A stretch of DNA of 37,700 nt from Octopus bimaculoides (lineage: Eukaryota). Positions 25,893 through 36,750 of the stretch are shown here, piece by piece (positions within the stretch are counted from its first letter, which is position 1; each line of letters opens with the position of its first letter). The DNA lies in NCBI RefSeq assembly GCF_001194135.2, contig NC_068983.1:117550188-117587887 (forward strand). The letters are read 5' to 3'. A program made the translations under genes and the position numbers. Below the pieces are notes generated by a model. It searched no databases. It worked only from the letters and a program-made list of their open reading frames with translations, and had not been told where the DNA came from.

Positions 25893-28800
25893 TTCTCTCT
25901 CTCTCAGTAGGTTTACAAATGAAATATTTCAGATAAGAACATTCCATATTTGACAAAATGGACAATTTTGGTTGGTCCATACAATACAACTGAAAAGAAG
26001 GCAATGTGATTTATGCACAGCAGAGATGCTGGGGGTTCTTTTTGCCAAAACCTTCATTGTGAATAGAATATGGAAATTATGAAAATTATGGAAATGATTT
26101 TGGCTTTCGAACATAGGTTATATAAGATTTAGTTTTTAGTCCTATTATATTTTTTCCTTCTTCTTCCGTATGCCGATTTATTAGTACTGCAGTTAAACAT
26201 ACTGGGAATTTGTGATATGAGATTGAACTATTATGATATATATTATAAAAAATTTTCAAATTCACTGATGGTAAATAATTATTTACCTTCACGGATGTAT
26301 TTTCGTATGCTATATGTGTGAATTTAATCATAATGAAATTGCTATCACTTGCGAACAGAAAAAAATCTCGAACTAACGTAAACTCTGTTACAGCAAGAAT
26401 AACCTTTTAGTTGAGAACTGAGACATTTTATTAAACGTGGATCAAAAATTAGCGTTCGGCCTCAATGAATAAATTCCGCGTATAGACCTGAACATAAGGT
26501 TTTGTTTTGTTTTTTTATAACATTGATGAAAAGGTCTAGAATATTCCATTTAGATGTAAAAATTAAATATTTCTTTTTCGATTGTCTATCAAAAACTGAA
26601 AACAAAGATGGTTGAATGGAAAAAATGGCAGTGGGCATTATAATAGAGTTCAAAAATGTAGCCAAAATTTATTCTGGACAACTTCACGAAATATAATAAT
26701 ATTAATCACGAGTGGTCAACATTTCCAAATATAGTAATGTTATTCACCAGCAATTTTCAATTCCAAATTTAAGCAATCCTGATTCAAATTCGTGCAAGGC
26801 TATTTGCTACGGGAAGCCCCACGTAATGAGTTTGTTGTAGGACAAACGAACGAAATCAGGGAACCAAAGCAACAATATGTTCACGTTTCTTTGTAGTGAA
26901 TGCATTAACTTCTAACGACAAACATGTAATACGAATTACATATAAATCAATAGAAAAGATTTTATAATTTTTATAACAGTTTATAACTTTATAACTCTTT
27001 AGAAAAGTGTTTTTGTATAGAGTAGTCATTGAAATTACACAAGTCATAATATACAAAATTGTAATATCAATTAACGTTTTCAGTCAAATTGTTCATTTAT
27101 GAATTTTATTTTCAATCATTTCTGTTATAAATAGATGCATTACAGTATAATGGATGAATGTTTATATTTTGTGTTTGTAAGTGAATATGATTGTGCGTTT
27201 GTATATGTGTTGTGCGCGCGCGTGTGTCTAAAATTTCTTGTGAGACAGCAATGGTGATGCAGGTATACTACGAGGAAAATTTGAGATGCATTGGTGTGCC
27301 ACTATCGTAAAGAAAGAAACATACAGGAAAAGAGACAGTGGTCGTATACTTGCAGTGCAAGTGAAGCAAAATCAAAAGTGATGTGACAGCGGTGGCGGCG
27401 ACAGTTATCAGTTTAACAAGATATCGCTTGTTGAGTTGCGGGCATGAACTTCGACATTTATCGTGACATTACAATGTCTAATAGATTTAAGGTATATTTG
27501 CAAATAAGACCGCTAACAGTTCGATGTGTTCTACAAGGTTTTACAATGTAAGAAGAGTAATAATGGGAAACCGTTCAGCAAAGTTTATCTTGAAAATGCA
27601 GATAACCTGCTCGTGGGTGATAATGATGTAAAAATATGGTAGCTTGTGTCAGTCGATGACGCATATCAAGTGTTTTAGCCACGTTGCGTTGAAAAGAATA
27701 ATCTCAGGTCGTTCTTGGTGGTATTTCTTGCAAGACCCAACAAAACAGTTGATGTTTCAAAACTGCAAGGGCGCATACATTTCGTGGGAACTGGTAGAAT
27801 AACTTACAGTTTCAAATTTATTCAGCTAAACACTCGTCTTACAGTGAAACTAACTTGACGAAAAGTTCCGTTTGAAGAAGATTTTTGGTTGTGACAAATG
27901 GAAAGAAAAAGGGTAAGTAACTATAAGTTGCGGTATGGATTATAAGAGTAATGCGCATTCATTTATATGATCAATGTGCATGCAGAATGCTGAGGTAGCC
28001 AAGTCCGTGCTAAGGAACCCAAAGTTGTGAGGGGATAATGTCTTGGTTTGCTGTTATTTTCAGCAAGGCCAGGATTCGTAAAGAGCTTAACTGTAGCATT
28101 ATCATGGCCAGTAGCATTAGAGGCGGTGAACCATGTGCTGCTGACAGTTTGCAATAAAAAATGAAGTGATAATGTAGACAGATGAAGTGTTTGTAGACTT
28201 ACTATGTCAGCCCTCCAAAAAAGACACGAAGCAGCTTGAACATGTGAAGAAAATATGAATACAATAGGTGATATAACAAAACAAAATTTGTCTCAGTTGG
28301 GGGAAGTGAAAGAGTTTTTAAGAAGGAAAATTTGCCAGTAATAATAGACAGATGCCATATGTCTCTTTTTGTAAAAGCAACTGTATTTTGTGAAACTGCA
28401 TAATTTTTATTGCTCTTCAACGTTTGTCGTCAATTCTACCCATTGAAGTATGACTCAACAAGTTTTCAATTTTTATTATTTCGCATGTTTCGTGACAGCC
28501 ATTGGTAATTTAATAGCGTAATGATGGGCATCAGTATGCTGTTTTGCTGTAGTGGTATTATGTCGATTCGTGCTGCGTATTTATAGAATTGCTTAGTATT
28601 CAGCATTCTATTTTGGCTTGGGTCACCATTCTGTAGTTTAGTTTCGAGTCACTATTTTGTAAGTTGTGTTCTGATTAACATTGAATAACCAGCAGTAATA
28701 GCAAGCTGAGAAGAAAAATTTAAGTTCAACAATATATAATAATAGCACTAAATATATTATATACATATGTATGTTATGTGTGAAGTTAAGATATAATCAA

Positions 28801-29273
28801 ATTACCAAAAGGTGTGAACTGGGAGATCTCTTATAAACGGTGGAGACGGCATTCGGTTACTGAGAAAACTAAGGGATGAGAAACAACTCATTAAACGTGA
28901 GACTAGACACATAGCTTTCGGCTACAAGAAATGTACATATAGAATAGAACACCGGGGTTTTTATTAGCTCGCTAAAAAATTATTTTCACTGCGAGCGCCT
29001 ATAAGAAACTGGCGTCTAAGAATATCAGCTAGAAAAAATGTCTCGAGGAGATACAATAGATATCAACAATATTAGCTCTGGACGGCATTATCAAATACAG
29101 TAATATCATTCAAGCTTAAGAATTTTCGGCTTGGATTCGATGATGAAAGCTATTTGCTAAAAGGTTCTGTAAACTTTTAGGTGAAGAACAGTATAAGTAA
29201 TAATTATAAATCTGTTGGTTTCTATGTGCTTATGTGCATATAGGAGCGTATACAAATATGTATGCGTACATAT

Positions 29274-29314
<41 letters not shown>

Positions 29315-29476
29315 NNNNNNNNNNNNNNNNNNNNNNNNNNNNNNNNNNNNNNNNNNNNNNNNNNNNNNNNNNNNNNNNNNNNNNNNNNNNNNNNNNNNNN
29401 NNNNNNNNNNNNNNNNNNNNNNNNNNNNNNNNNNNNNNNNNNNNNNNNNNNTATATATATATATATATATATATAT

Positions 29477-31030
29477 TACAACAAAAATTTTATATCTTCG
29501 TCATAGAGTTACCCAAGGTTTCGCATCCACGAAGCAAAGCCTTATGGACAACTCGTCAGACTCTATATAAATGCAAAATTTAAAATATCTACGTCGCAGA
29601 CGTGAGGAAACGCTCAGAACTAGAGAAATACGTCTTAAGAAAAAAATGTTAATGACGACGGGTTATCTCCCTTGAATCACAGGTGTGGGGAACCCTTATA
29701 GACCCGAAGCGTCCTAACTAGCAAACGGATAGTTTCAGTTTTCCAATAAGTAGCACTTGAAGTGGATACATTTAGAAAACACTACATTACGGCTGTTTAA
29801 TGCGCCAGGTTTCTTGTAGTCCTTAAGAATTCTGGCTCTCTCCGCGATGCAGATCTTGCAATGGCTATTTCTGTTAATATACGGGTCCAGATGATCAATT
29901 AATTTCCACCTGATCTCACACGGGGTCCCTTGATCTTTGAGGTACCATACATGGCGGGCTAGGAACGTGACCGTCTTTCTGGAACGCTGAAGGATGGTTG
30001 ATGGTTAGGTAAAGGTCGTTTGAACGAAGTACTCGCAAAACCAATATATTTACACACATGAGACGTGGCCCTGTTCGCACCCCTGGTAACATATGGCGCG
30101 GGGCTGGTCATCCATAAGTGTCTAAGATAAATATTTGGTCATCTTCTGAGGTGGCGGTACTGGGAACGGCGGATACCTCCTCTAAGTCGCTGGTCCTGGA
30201 TAGGTCATTATTTCTAGGTGCGGCGTTAGTACTGGTGGTAACATACATTGCAGGCCTGGTCACTCTATCTATTTATGGTTTGATCATTATCCGTGGCGGT
30301 GGTACCGGATTCTTCGGTGACGCTCTCTGTGATGCTGGTACCTGACTGGTTATTATCTCTGGGTGTGGCAATAGTACATTACATTTATATTGGGTCGAGC
30401 TATCACCATAACTTCATAGATGATCCCTTCAGCCTCGCATCGGCCTCCGACTGGACAGTTGTTGTATACCCTTCAAGAGCAACATGCCTCCCTTGTATTT
30501 TGAGTACTTGCTGAAATGTTCTTTATGTTAGGTGCACAACTAAAGGAGACTCATAGGTTGTGTCTGTTAAATAAATGCCTGCATCTGTGTGTGTGAAATG
30601 TTTGTCTATCAATCTAAGGAAAATCTTTCCCACACAAGTCTTGACGTTGATTGAGAAGGGTGAGCAAACCAGACGACATTTCTGCAGCGCTTCCTTTTTC
30701 CGGGTGCTAGAGCCAGGAATGTAGGAGATGCGGTCTTTAAACCCACTCGATGCCATGCCTCATTGTAGTAGGGGACAGCGGCATCAAAGATATTTTGGCT
30801 CGAGGATAGATTCACAAGGTTCTTCAAAACTATAGGGAGGAGGAGGCTGTGCTAATATAAGACAGACTTTCGTTTGGCTTGTGATAGGGCCTGTGTGTAC
30901 TAGAGCCCAAATCTAAAGTAACATCTAAGAAATTTACTGAGGTGAGATTAGTCTCAATTGTGATTTTGAAATCCATTGAGCCTAAGGTGCTAATTAGGTC
31001 CTTGGGTAACTCTATGTCCAAGATATAAAA
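29477..31030 (-). mobile_element. 5'-truncated Penelope-like element (RT C-terminus, Cys linker, C-terminal GIY-YIG endonuclease, 3' pLTR)
   Basis: Translations: FKITIETNLTSVNFLDVTLDL...RPYHKPN; KRCRNVVWF..PFSINVKTCVGKIFLRLIDKHF; CS*RVYNNCPVGGRC..GIIY; KYIGFASTSFK...LARHVWYLKD...CKICIAE...LNSRN...CIHFK, with a stop at 29735-29737. Multiple frameshifts. The 3' end abuts a (TA)n tract. Confidence 0.9.
29503..29566 (-). ncRNA. Type-I hammerhead ribozyme (complete core) in the PLE 3' pLTR
   Basis: ATAGAGT-CTGACGA-GTTGTCCA-(15 nt)-TGGATGC-GAAA-CC-TTG-GG-TA-ACTCTAT. It has a 7-bp perfect stem I, an intact CUGACGA/GAAA core, a closed stem III and a GUA cleavage triplet (predicted cut between 29510 and 29509). 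Confidence 0.85.
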
Positions 31031-31204
31031 TTTTGATAATCACTGCTCTATTTTTTTATTAACTATTGTATATATATATACGTATTAGATAGAGAAATAT
31101 AATTGGCAATCTAGCAATTTATTACATTATGATATAATATGATGTTATAAAATATAATATAAGATAAGAAAATATAATCAATTTAAAAAGAAAACAAATG
31201 AAGC

Positions 31205-31285
31205 CAGCAATTTGTTTCGACTTATATACATTATTTTATTTATCAACAATTCATATCTATGTATACAAGTCTCTTCGGGGTCAGA
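31205..31285 (-). ncRNA. Degenerate hammerhead-like motif with a long stem II
   Basis: CCGAAGA (one change from CTGAAGA), a 13-bp stem GACTTGTATACAT/ATGTATATAAGTC (31259-31271 with 31219-31231), then GAAAC. The cleavage triplet and stem I are decayed. Confidence 0.45.
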
Positions 31286-31522
31286 GTTCAAAAAGACAGA
31301 CGAAATTCCATGTAGAGGGACTGCCGAATTGCATAATACTGATTCAAAATACCTAAGTTTCGGAGCGTGAGCGTTAACAATTCAAATACATAAGTACAAC
31401 AAAAGAACAGCAATATTCAAACGAAAATTTATAACGGTCAAAAAATGTTTTTTTTATATATTTCCAATAATATTAGTTTAAATGTATTTAAATCGAAAGT
31501 AATTACTGGCCATTTTATGGAT

Positions 31523-31537
31523 ATAATAATAATAATG

Positions 31538-31581
<44 letters not shown>
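31523..31581. repeat. (AAT)n microsatellite
   Basis: Directly visible. Confidence 0.95.
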
Positions 31582-31588
<7 letters not shown>

Positions 31589-32439
31589 CTGACAATATAT
31601 AAATATATAAATGAATAAAGTGACAGAGTTTTAGTTGTATAGACGGATTAATCGTGTAAATCCATATTTATTCTACAAATATACCTATACATATTTGAAA
31701 GAATGTATTTCTAGTATATCAACTAACTATTTATTTATATGTGATACTATTCATACATTTATTATTACTCAAAGAAAATATATAAATTATATGTAATAAT
31801 AATAATATACAACCTCTTTCATTTATCTATTGTTACTGACATAATGATTATTCAAAGTAACTAAGAAATAATGGTCCTTATTTACATAGTTTATCGAAGA
31901 GGAACTCTGTAAATTTAAACAAACAAGGAACATAGATCTACGATAATTATAATCTATTGTGGAGAGTATTCCGAAATATCATATCAGACTATGGATAATT
32001 AAATTACAATAGCTATTATAGTCCATTGTTTGTATTATAGTGCATTGTTGTGTCATTCAAAAAGTTTATTCTTTATAGTCTATATCATTTCTTACATAAA
32101 GAGACAATAAACTATAAATAAAAAATATCTGTCTAAATTTTACTAACTCTTTCAGAAGTAACGAAATTAGAGTATTGCTATATGTACACAAGCTCTATCA
32201 CCATTAATACATATAACTATATATAATAATTGTTGTAATCTACTTATTCATATCTATACAAACACAATTCCAAGAGTAAATACCAAATTACTTAGTTTAC
32301 CAGAGGAAAAATATATCTTTGTTAGCCGAAGCTTATATATTTATAAATAAAGTAGTTATATAAAAAAAAAAGCCGGAAATACATACTTCGAAATAAATGT
32401 TTTGATCACAATATGGCATTATCTAAGATAATTCATTTA

Positions 32440-32443
32440 TTAA

Positions 32444-32525
<82 letters not shown>
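32440..32525. repeat. (ATT)n microsatellite
   Basis: Directly visible. Confidence 0.95.
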
Positions 32526-32528
<3 letters not shown>

Positions 32529-33069
32529 TTATAAACTAAATCAATTTATTTATAAATGTATAATCATTTAGTAGACCGAAGAATAGCTTACTTTAGATTT
32601 ATAATAAATATTTAACTACGAATATAATGACTCATCCCACAGTCAATACAAATATATTCACTGGAACAATACGAAATATTATGAATTAATCCACTAGAAT
32701 TTTTTTTTTCTAATATGCCCACATTATTATACAATTTAGAAATTTCAAATAACAAACCTTTAATCTCAATGCAAGAAACTTATAAGGGATTCAGTATAAG
32801 AATGACAAATTTCAGTTAGAATAAGAAGCTTGTACATCATTCATCATAATAAATAAATAAATAAATAAATAATCTGGCCTCAATGTAATTTCGTTAAGCA
32901 GTGTTATCAAATTATACTTTTAGGTTTATTTATTGATACATTTATTACTTTATTTATCCATTGTGAAATAAACATATGCACAAAATAAATGCACACACAC
33001 ACACACATAGATAGATAGATAGATAGATAGACAGATAGACAGATAGATAGATAGATAGATAGATTCATA

Positions 33070-33134
33070 TACATATATATATATATATAACATACATATA
33101 CATATATATGTATGTATGTATGTATATGTGTATG

Positions 33135-33168
<34 letters not shown>

Positions 33169-33228
33169 ACATACATATACATATATATGTATGTATGTAT
33201 ATGTGTATGCGTGTGTGTATATATATAT
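33070..33228. repeat. Tandem duplication of a ~75-bp compound microsatellite block
   Basis: TATAACATACATATACATATATATGTATGTATG...TATGTGTATGCGTGTGTGTATATA occurs twice in tandem. Confidence 0.8.
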
Positions 33229-33433
33229 GGAAAAAAAGTCAAGGTAGAAAATGCTAAAATAATTTTATAAATAACATTTCAGTATCGGTTTCAGTCATTG
33301 AAACGTTTTGTATGGAAAACGATTAAATTTTGGAAAAATTGAAAGTTAGTATTCAAATACAAGGGGCATTTTCCTTGTTTCTGCTTGCCTCTGTCTTTCT
33401 TGTTTACTCTTGTGGGTTCAAGACACATACATA

Positions 33434-34860
33434 CGTATTTGCCGGTGTATAAGCCGCACCCGTGTATAAACCGCAACCTCGATTTTCGGTCCCCGACGGG
33501 GGAAAATCGTGGGAGAAACCGAGAAATAACTGGAGCTAATGAAAAGGAAGAAAAGCGGGATGAATACGAACTTAAATTTCATGATGATTTCATACTTAAC
33601 AAACATTTCCGACTGCAATCATTGATATTCATAATTATTAATGGAAGAAGATAAAGTCCAGGTTTTATATGCAAGAGATAAGAGGACGTTTTTTTTTATT
33701 ATGTGTGTTTATATGATTTATTCATATTGTGATCTTTATATTTTTTTCTTGAAAATGTGTGGTCCTAAAAAGGACCAAACCTAGTGGGTAGAAACTTCAA
33801 TCAAATTCTAAGAACTCTTCGTCGTCAGACGACTCGTTGAAGGCCCGCCCCTAGAGTTGACCGTCTGCATACACCAGTTCATCCTCATCATCGCTGGGTC
33901 CAGAAGAGTCGGGTAAGATGGCATCGTCTTCCCACAAGATTTCATCTTCTGTGCCATCGAGCGCGTTGGATATGCAGCACTTCAGGAAAGCCCGCTTGAT
34001 GATGTCTTCTGGAATCTCCTCCTAGACCTTCAAGATTCACTTGCAGATCGTACCCAAGTCGACTTTCTTCGTGCGCCCGATCTTTGTCGTCTCCTTCGGT
34101 GCATTGGCCATCCAATACTCCCAACGGTGCTTGAGACGGTCCTTAAACGGTTTGTTGATTGCAACATCAAAGGATTGAAGAAGAGATATCATTCCCCCGG
34201 GTTTCATTGCCACGTCGATCTTCAGACGATGTATCTTCGCCTTGGTTTCTTCTGACTTGTGGAATTTGAATGCGTCTAGAACCAGGAGACTCCTCCTCTG
34301 ATGCAGTCCACTTATGCGCTGGCCCCACACCTGTCGTCGATGAGTGCTTGGTTCATCCAACCTTTCGCTTGGGGTCGAACGATGACCCCCTTCCAGAAAC
34401 TTGGCATCTTTGGGTAGTTTCTTCCTCTTGAAGACGACGTACGGTGGCAGCTTTCGTCCGTCAGCCGTGCAAGCTAGCATCACCGTAAAATGGTCATTCC
34501 TGTGACCCGTCGTGACGATTTCCACTGTCTTCTCCTCCCTTATCAACAACAGTTCTCGACATCGGAGATTGAACGTGGGGGGAGACTGGTCTGCGTTTCT
34601 GATGCGGCTCAGAGGGTACTGATGCCATTTAAGCTGGTTGATGATAAACCGTTGGAATCGCTCAGTCTTCTTGTCGAGATCTTTTGGCAGCTGCTGTGCA
34701 ATGTGGGTGCGAAGCCTGATGGATAGATCATTCCTGCGCATAATCAGGAAACCTCATGACGTGCTGGAACAGAAGTCTCTTAACCTCGATTCGAAGGGTG
34801 AGTGTCGATACCGCGTGTTCCGCCATCCTCTTCTCTTTCACCCATCCGAGTAGATACTTC
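33434..34860 (-). mobile_element. pogo/Tigger-family (Tc1-mariner superfamily) DNA transposon, one end missing
   Basis: TA followed by the TIR-like CGTATTTGCCGGTGTATAAGCCGCAC at 33434, with an internal direct repeat GTGTATAA(G/A)CCGCA. A transposase pseudogene lies inside. No matching second TIR is seen. Confidence 0.8.
33851..34858 (-). pseudogene. pogo-type transposase (CENP-B-type HTH plus DDE_1), frameshifted
   Basis: LLGWVKEKRM..AVSTLTLRIE (HTH); MRRNDLSIRLRT; RNADQSP (first D); HFTVMLACTADGRKLPPYVVFKRK; LLVLDAFKFH; LQSFDVAINKPFKDRL; acidic tail EDIIKRAFLKCCISNALDGTEDEILWED, stop at 33851. Confidence 0.9.
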
Positions 34861-35128
34861 TTTCCATTGCGTTATTGCCTTTATTGAAATCATAAAGCAA
34901 AATATACCGAATATTTGTCACTTTCCTTATAGCTTTGAAAAAAATTACTGTTAAAATCGAACTGCACTCTTCAAAACAAGGTAAAATTACTACTTGTTGT
35001 TATAGCAAGTGGATGCAGGTAGTTTATCCCGTCCCTCTCCGAGTTTTTGTTCATGCAATTGAAAAAAAAAAAAGCATTATTTATGGGATGACCCAATATT
35101 TATATATTTTAATACAACATTTACTTTG

Positions 35129-35465
35129 CAGTTCTATATTTAAACGATGAGGAATTATGTACATTATTTACATTTGACTTTGTCCTCATCTTGTTTGTTG
35201 TTAACACAACGTTTCGGCTGATATACACTCCAGCCTTCATCAGGTGTCTTGGGGAAATTTCGAACCTGGGATCTCATTCCTAAGATATTTTTCGATGTTA
35301 TTATTATTATTATTCAGGTCACTGCCTGGAATCGAACTCGGAATTTTGGGGTTAGTAGCCCGCGCTCTTTACCACTACGCCATGCCCACAACAAACAAGA
35401 TAGGAACAAATATCCGTCAAATGTAAATAATGTACATAATTCCTCATCTCTTAATTATAGAACTG
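35129..35465 (-). mobile_element. tRNA-headed short retroelement carrying a hammerhead ribozyme, bracketed by inverted tail copies
   Basis: Minus-strand order: A-box TGGCGTAGTGG, B-box GAGTTCGATTCC (head 35317-35388), (AAT)n, body, HHR (35203-35248), tail (35129-35202). An inverted tail copy lies at 35388-35465. Confidence 0.75.
35203..35248 (-). ncRNA. Minimal type-I hammerhead ribozyme (palindromic stem III)
   Basis: GACAC-CTGATGA-A-GGCTG-GAGTGTATAT-CAGCC-GAAA-CG-TT-GTGTT: intact core, 5-bp stem II, 5-bp stem I with one G.U pair, and an ACGU palindrome. Confidence 0.8.
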
Positions 35466-35809
35466 TATTATCTAATCGGTACGGATCCGACATTAGACTT
35501 CAAAGGTCGGAGAATGAAGACGGAAGTCCGTCCCCCACCTATGAAANNNNNNNNNNNNNNNNNNNNNNNNNNNNNNNNNNNNNNNNNNNNNNNNNNNNNN
35601 NNNNNNNNNNNNNNNNNNNNNNNNNNNNNNNNNNNNNNNNNNNNNNNNNNNNNNNNNNNNNNNNNNNNNNNNNNNNNNNNNNNNNNNNNNNNNNNNNNNN
35701 NNNNNNNNNNNNNNNNNNNNNNNNNNNNNNNNNNNNNNNNNNNNNNNNNNNNNNNNNNNNNNNNNNNNNNNNNNNNNNNNNNNNNNNNNNNNNNNNNNNN
35801 NNNNNNNNN

Positions 35810-36015
35810 GATGTCGAAATATCGTTCACCAGATAACAAATGGCACTCTTCTTTTAATTTTGACTCTATATCTTCAGGAGGAGTTACCTCAATCCTTTCT
35901 ATATTAACCAAAATGAAGTAGATTGACAAATTTATTTTTTGAACCAGTTGAAGACACACGAGATGTCGAAATATCGTTCACCAGATAACAAATGGCACTC
36001 TTCTTTTAATTTTGA
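35810..36015. repeat. 54-bp identical direct repeat (35810-35863 and 35962-36015)
   Basis: GATGTCGAAATATCGTTCACCAGATAACAAATGGCACTCTTCTTTTAATTTTGA occurs twice; the first copy abuts an N-gap. Confidence 0.9.
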
Positions 36016-36016
36016 T

Positions 36017-36017
<1 letters not shown>

Positions 36018-36049
<32 letters not shown>

Positions 36050-36195
36050 TCGAAAAATACCTTAGGAATGAGATCCCAGGTTCGAAATTTCCCCAAGACA
36101 CCTGATGAAAGCTGGAGGGTATATCAGCCGAAACGTTGTAATAACAACAAACGAGATGAGGACAAATATCCGTTAAATGTAAATAATGTAAATAA
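36018..36195 (+). mobile_element. Second, headless copy of the HHR-bearing element
   Basis: (AAT)n-CATCGAAAAATACCTTAGGAATGAGATCCCAGGTTCGAAATTTCCCCAAGACAC-CTGATGA...GAAACGTT, then the tail. Near-identical to the reverse complement of 35150-35315. The HHR at 36097-36142 has mismatches in stems I and II. Confidence 0.85.
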
Positions 36196-36494
36196 AGAAC
36201 ATTTTCTTTTACTTCTATGCTTCCAGTTGTGGTTAAGCGAATTACTGATGGTGCTGACGAATAGGTCTACTTCCTCTTCAAAATTTAGCATTGATTATCT
36301 TCTTTTGATTGCTAATTATAATGCAATGATGACCTGAATATCATTATGTAGTTTAATGACAAAATATACGTATACAATACATATATATATATATATATAT
36401 ATAAATATATATATATATAAACAATATATGAGCATATGCATATATATGTACATGTATGTATATACGTTCATCTACATGTACATATAGATACATA

Positions 36495-36735
36495 ACTGGG
36501 TACATGACGTGGCAAAAGAACAAGGACAAAATGGTAAACAAGGTGCAACAAACAAGCAGGCCACATAGAAACATCCCCTTCATCAGCTGCCACCATTAAA
36601 ACTCCGGCGTTTCGAAGAATTAAGGCAGTACGCATCGTTAAAATGGTTCTTCCCACGAACACAAATTAAATTGTTTTCGTGGAGGGTAGTGGCGGACGGA
36701 AAACAAGACAGGAAAACGAAACGGTGAAATAAACA
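36495..36735 (-). repeat. Dispersed repeat related to 4600-5190
   Basis: Shares a ~90-nt block ending CCCTTCATCAG with 4618-4693; flanked by TA tracts. Confidence 0.4.
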
Positions 36736-36750
36736 TATATATATATATAT

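Noticed and set aside
33270-33305. GAAACCGAT half-motif on -
   Set aside because: The upstream core and stem II are absent; at best a truncated relic.
35317-35388. Possible tRNA gene
   Set aside because: A and B boxes and an anticodon-like arm are present, but the acceptor stem does not pair and the sequence runs into a repeat body; it is a SINE head.
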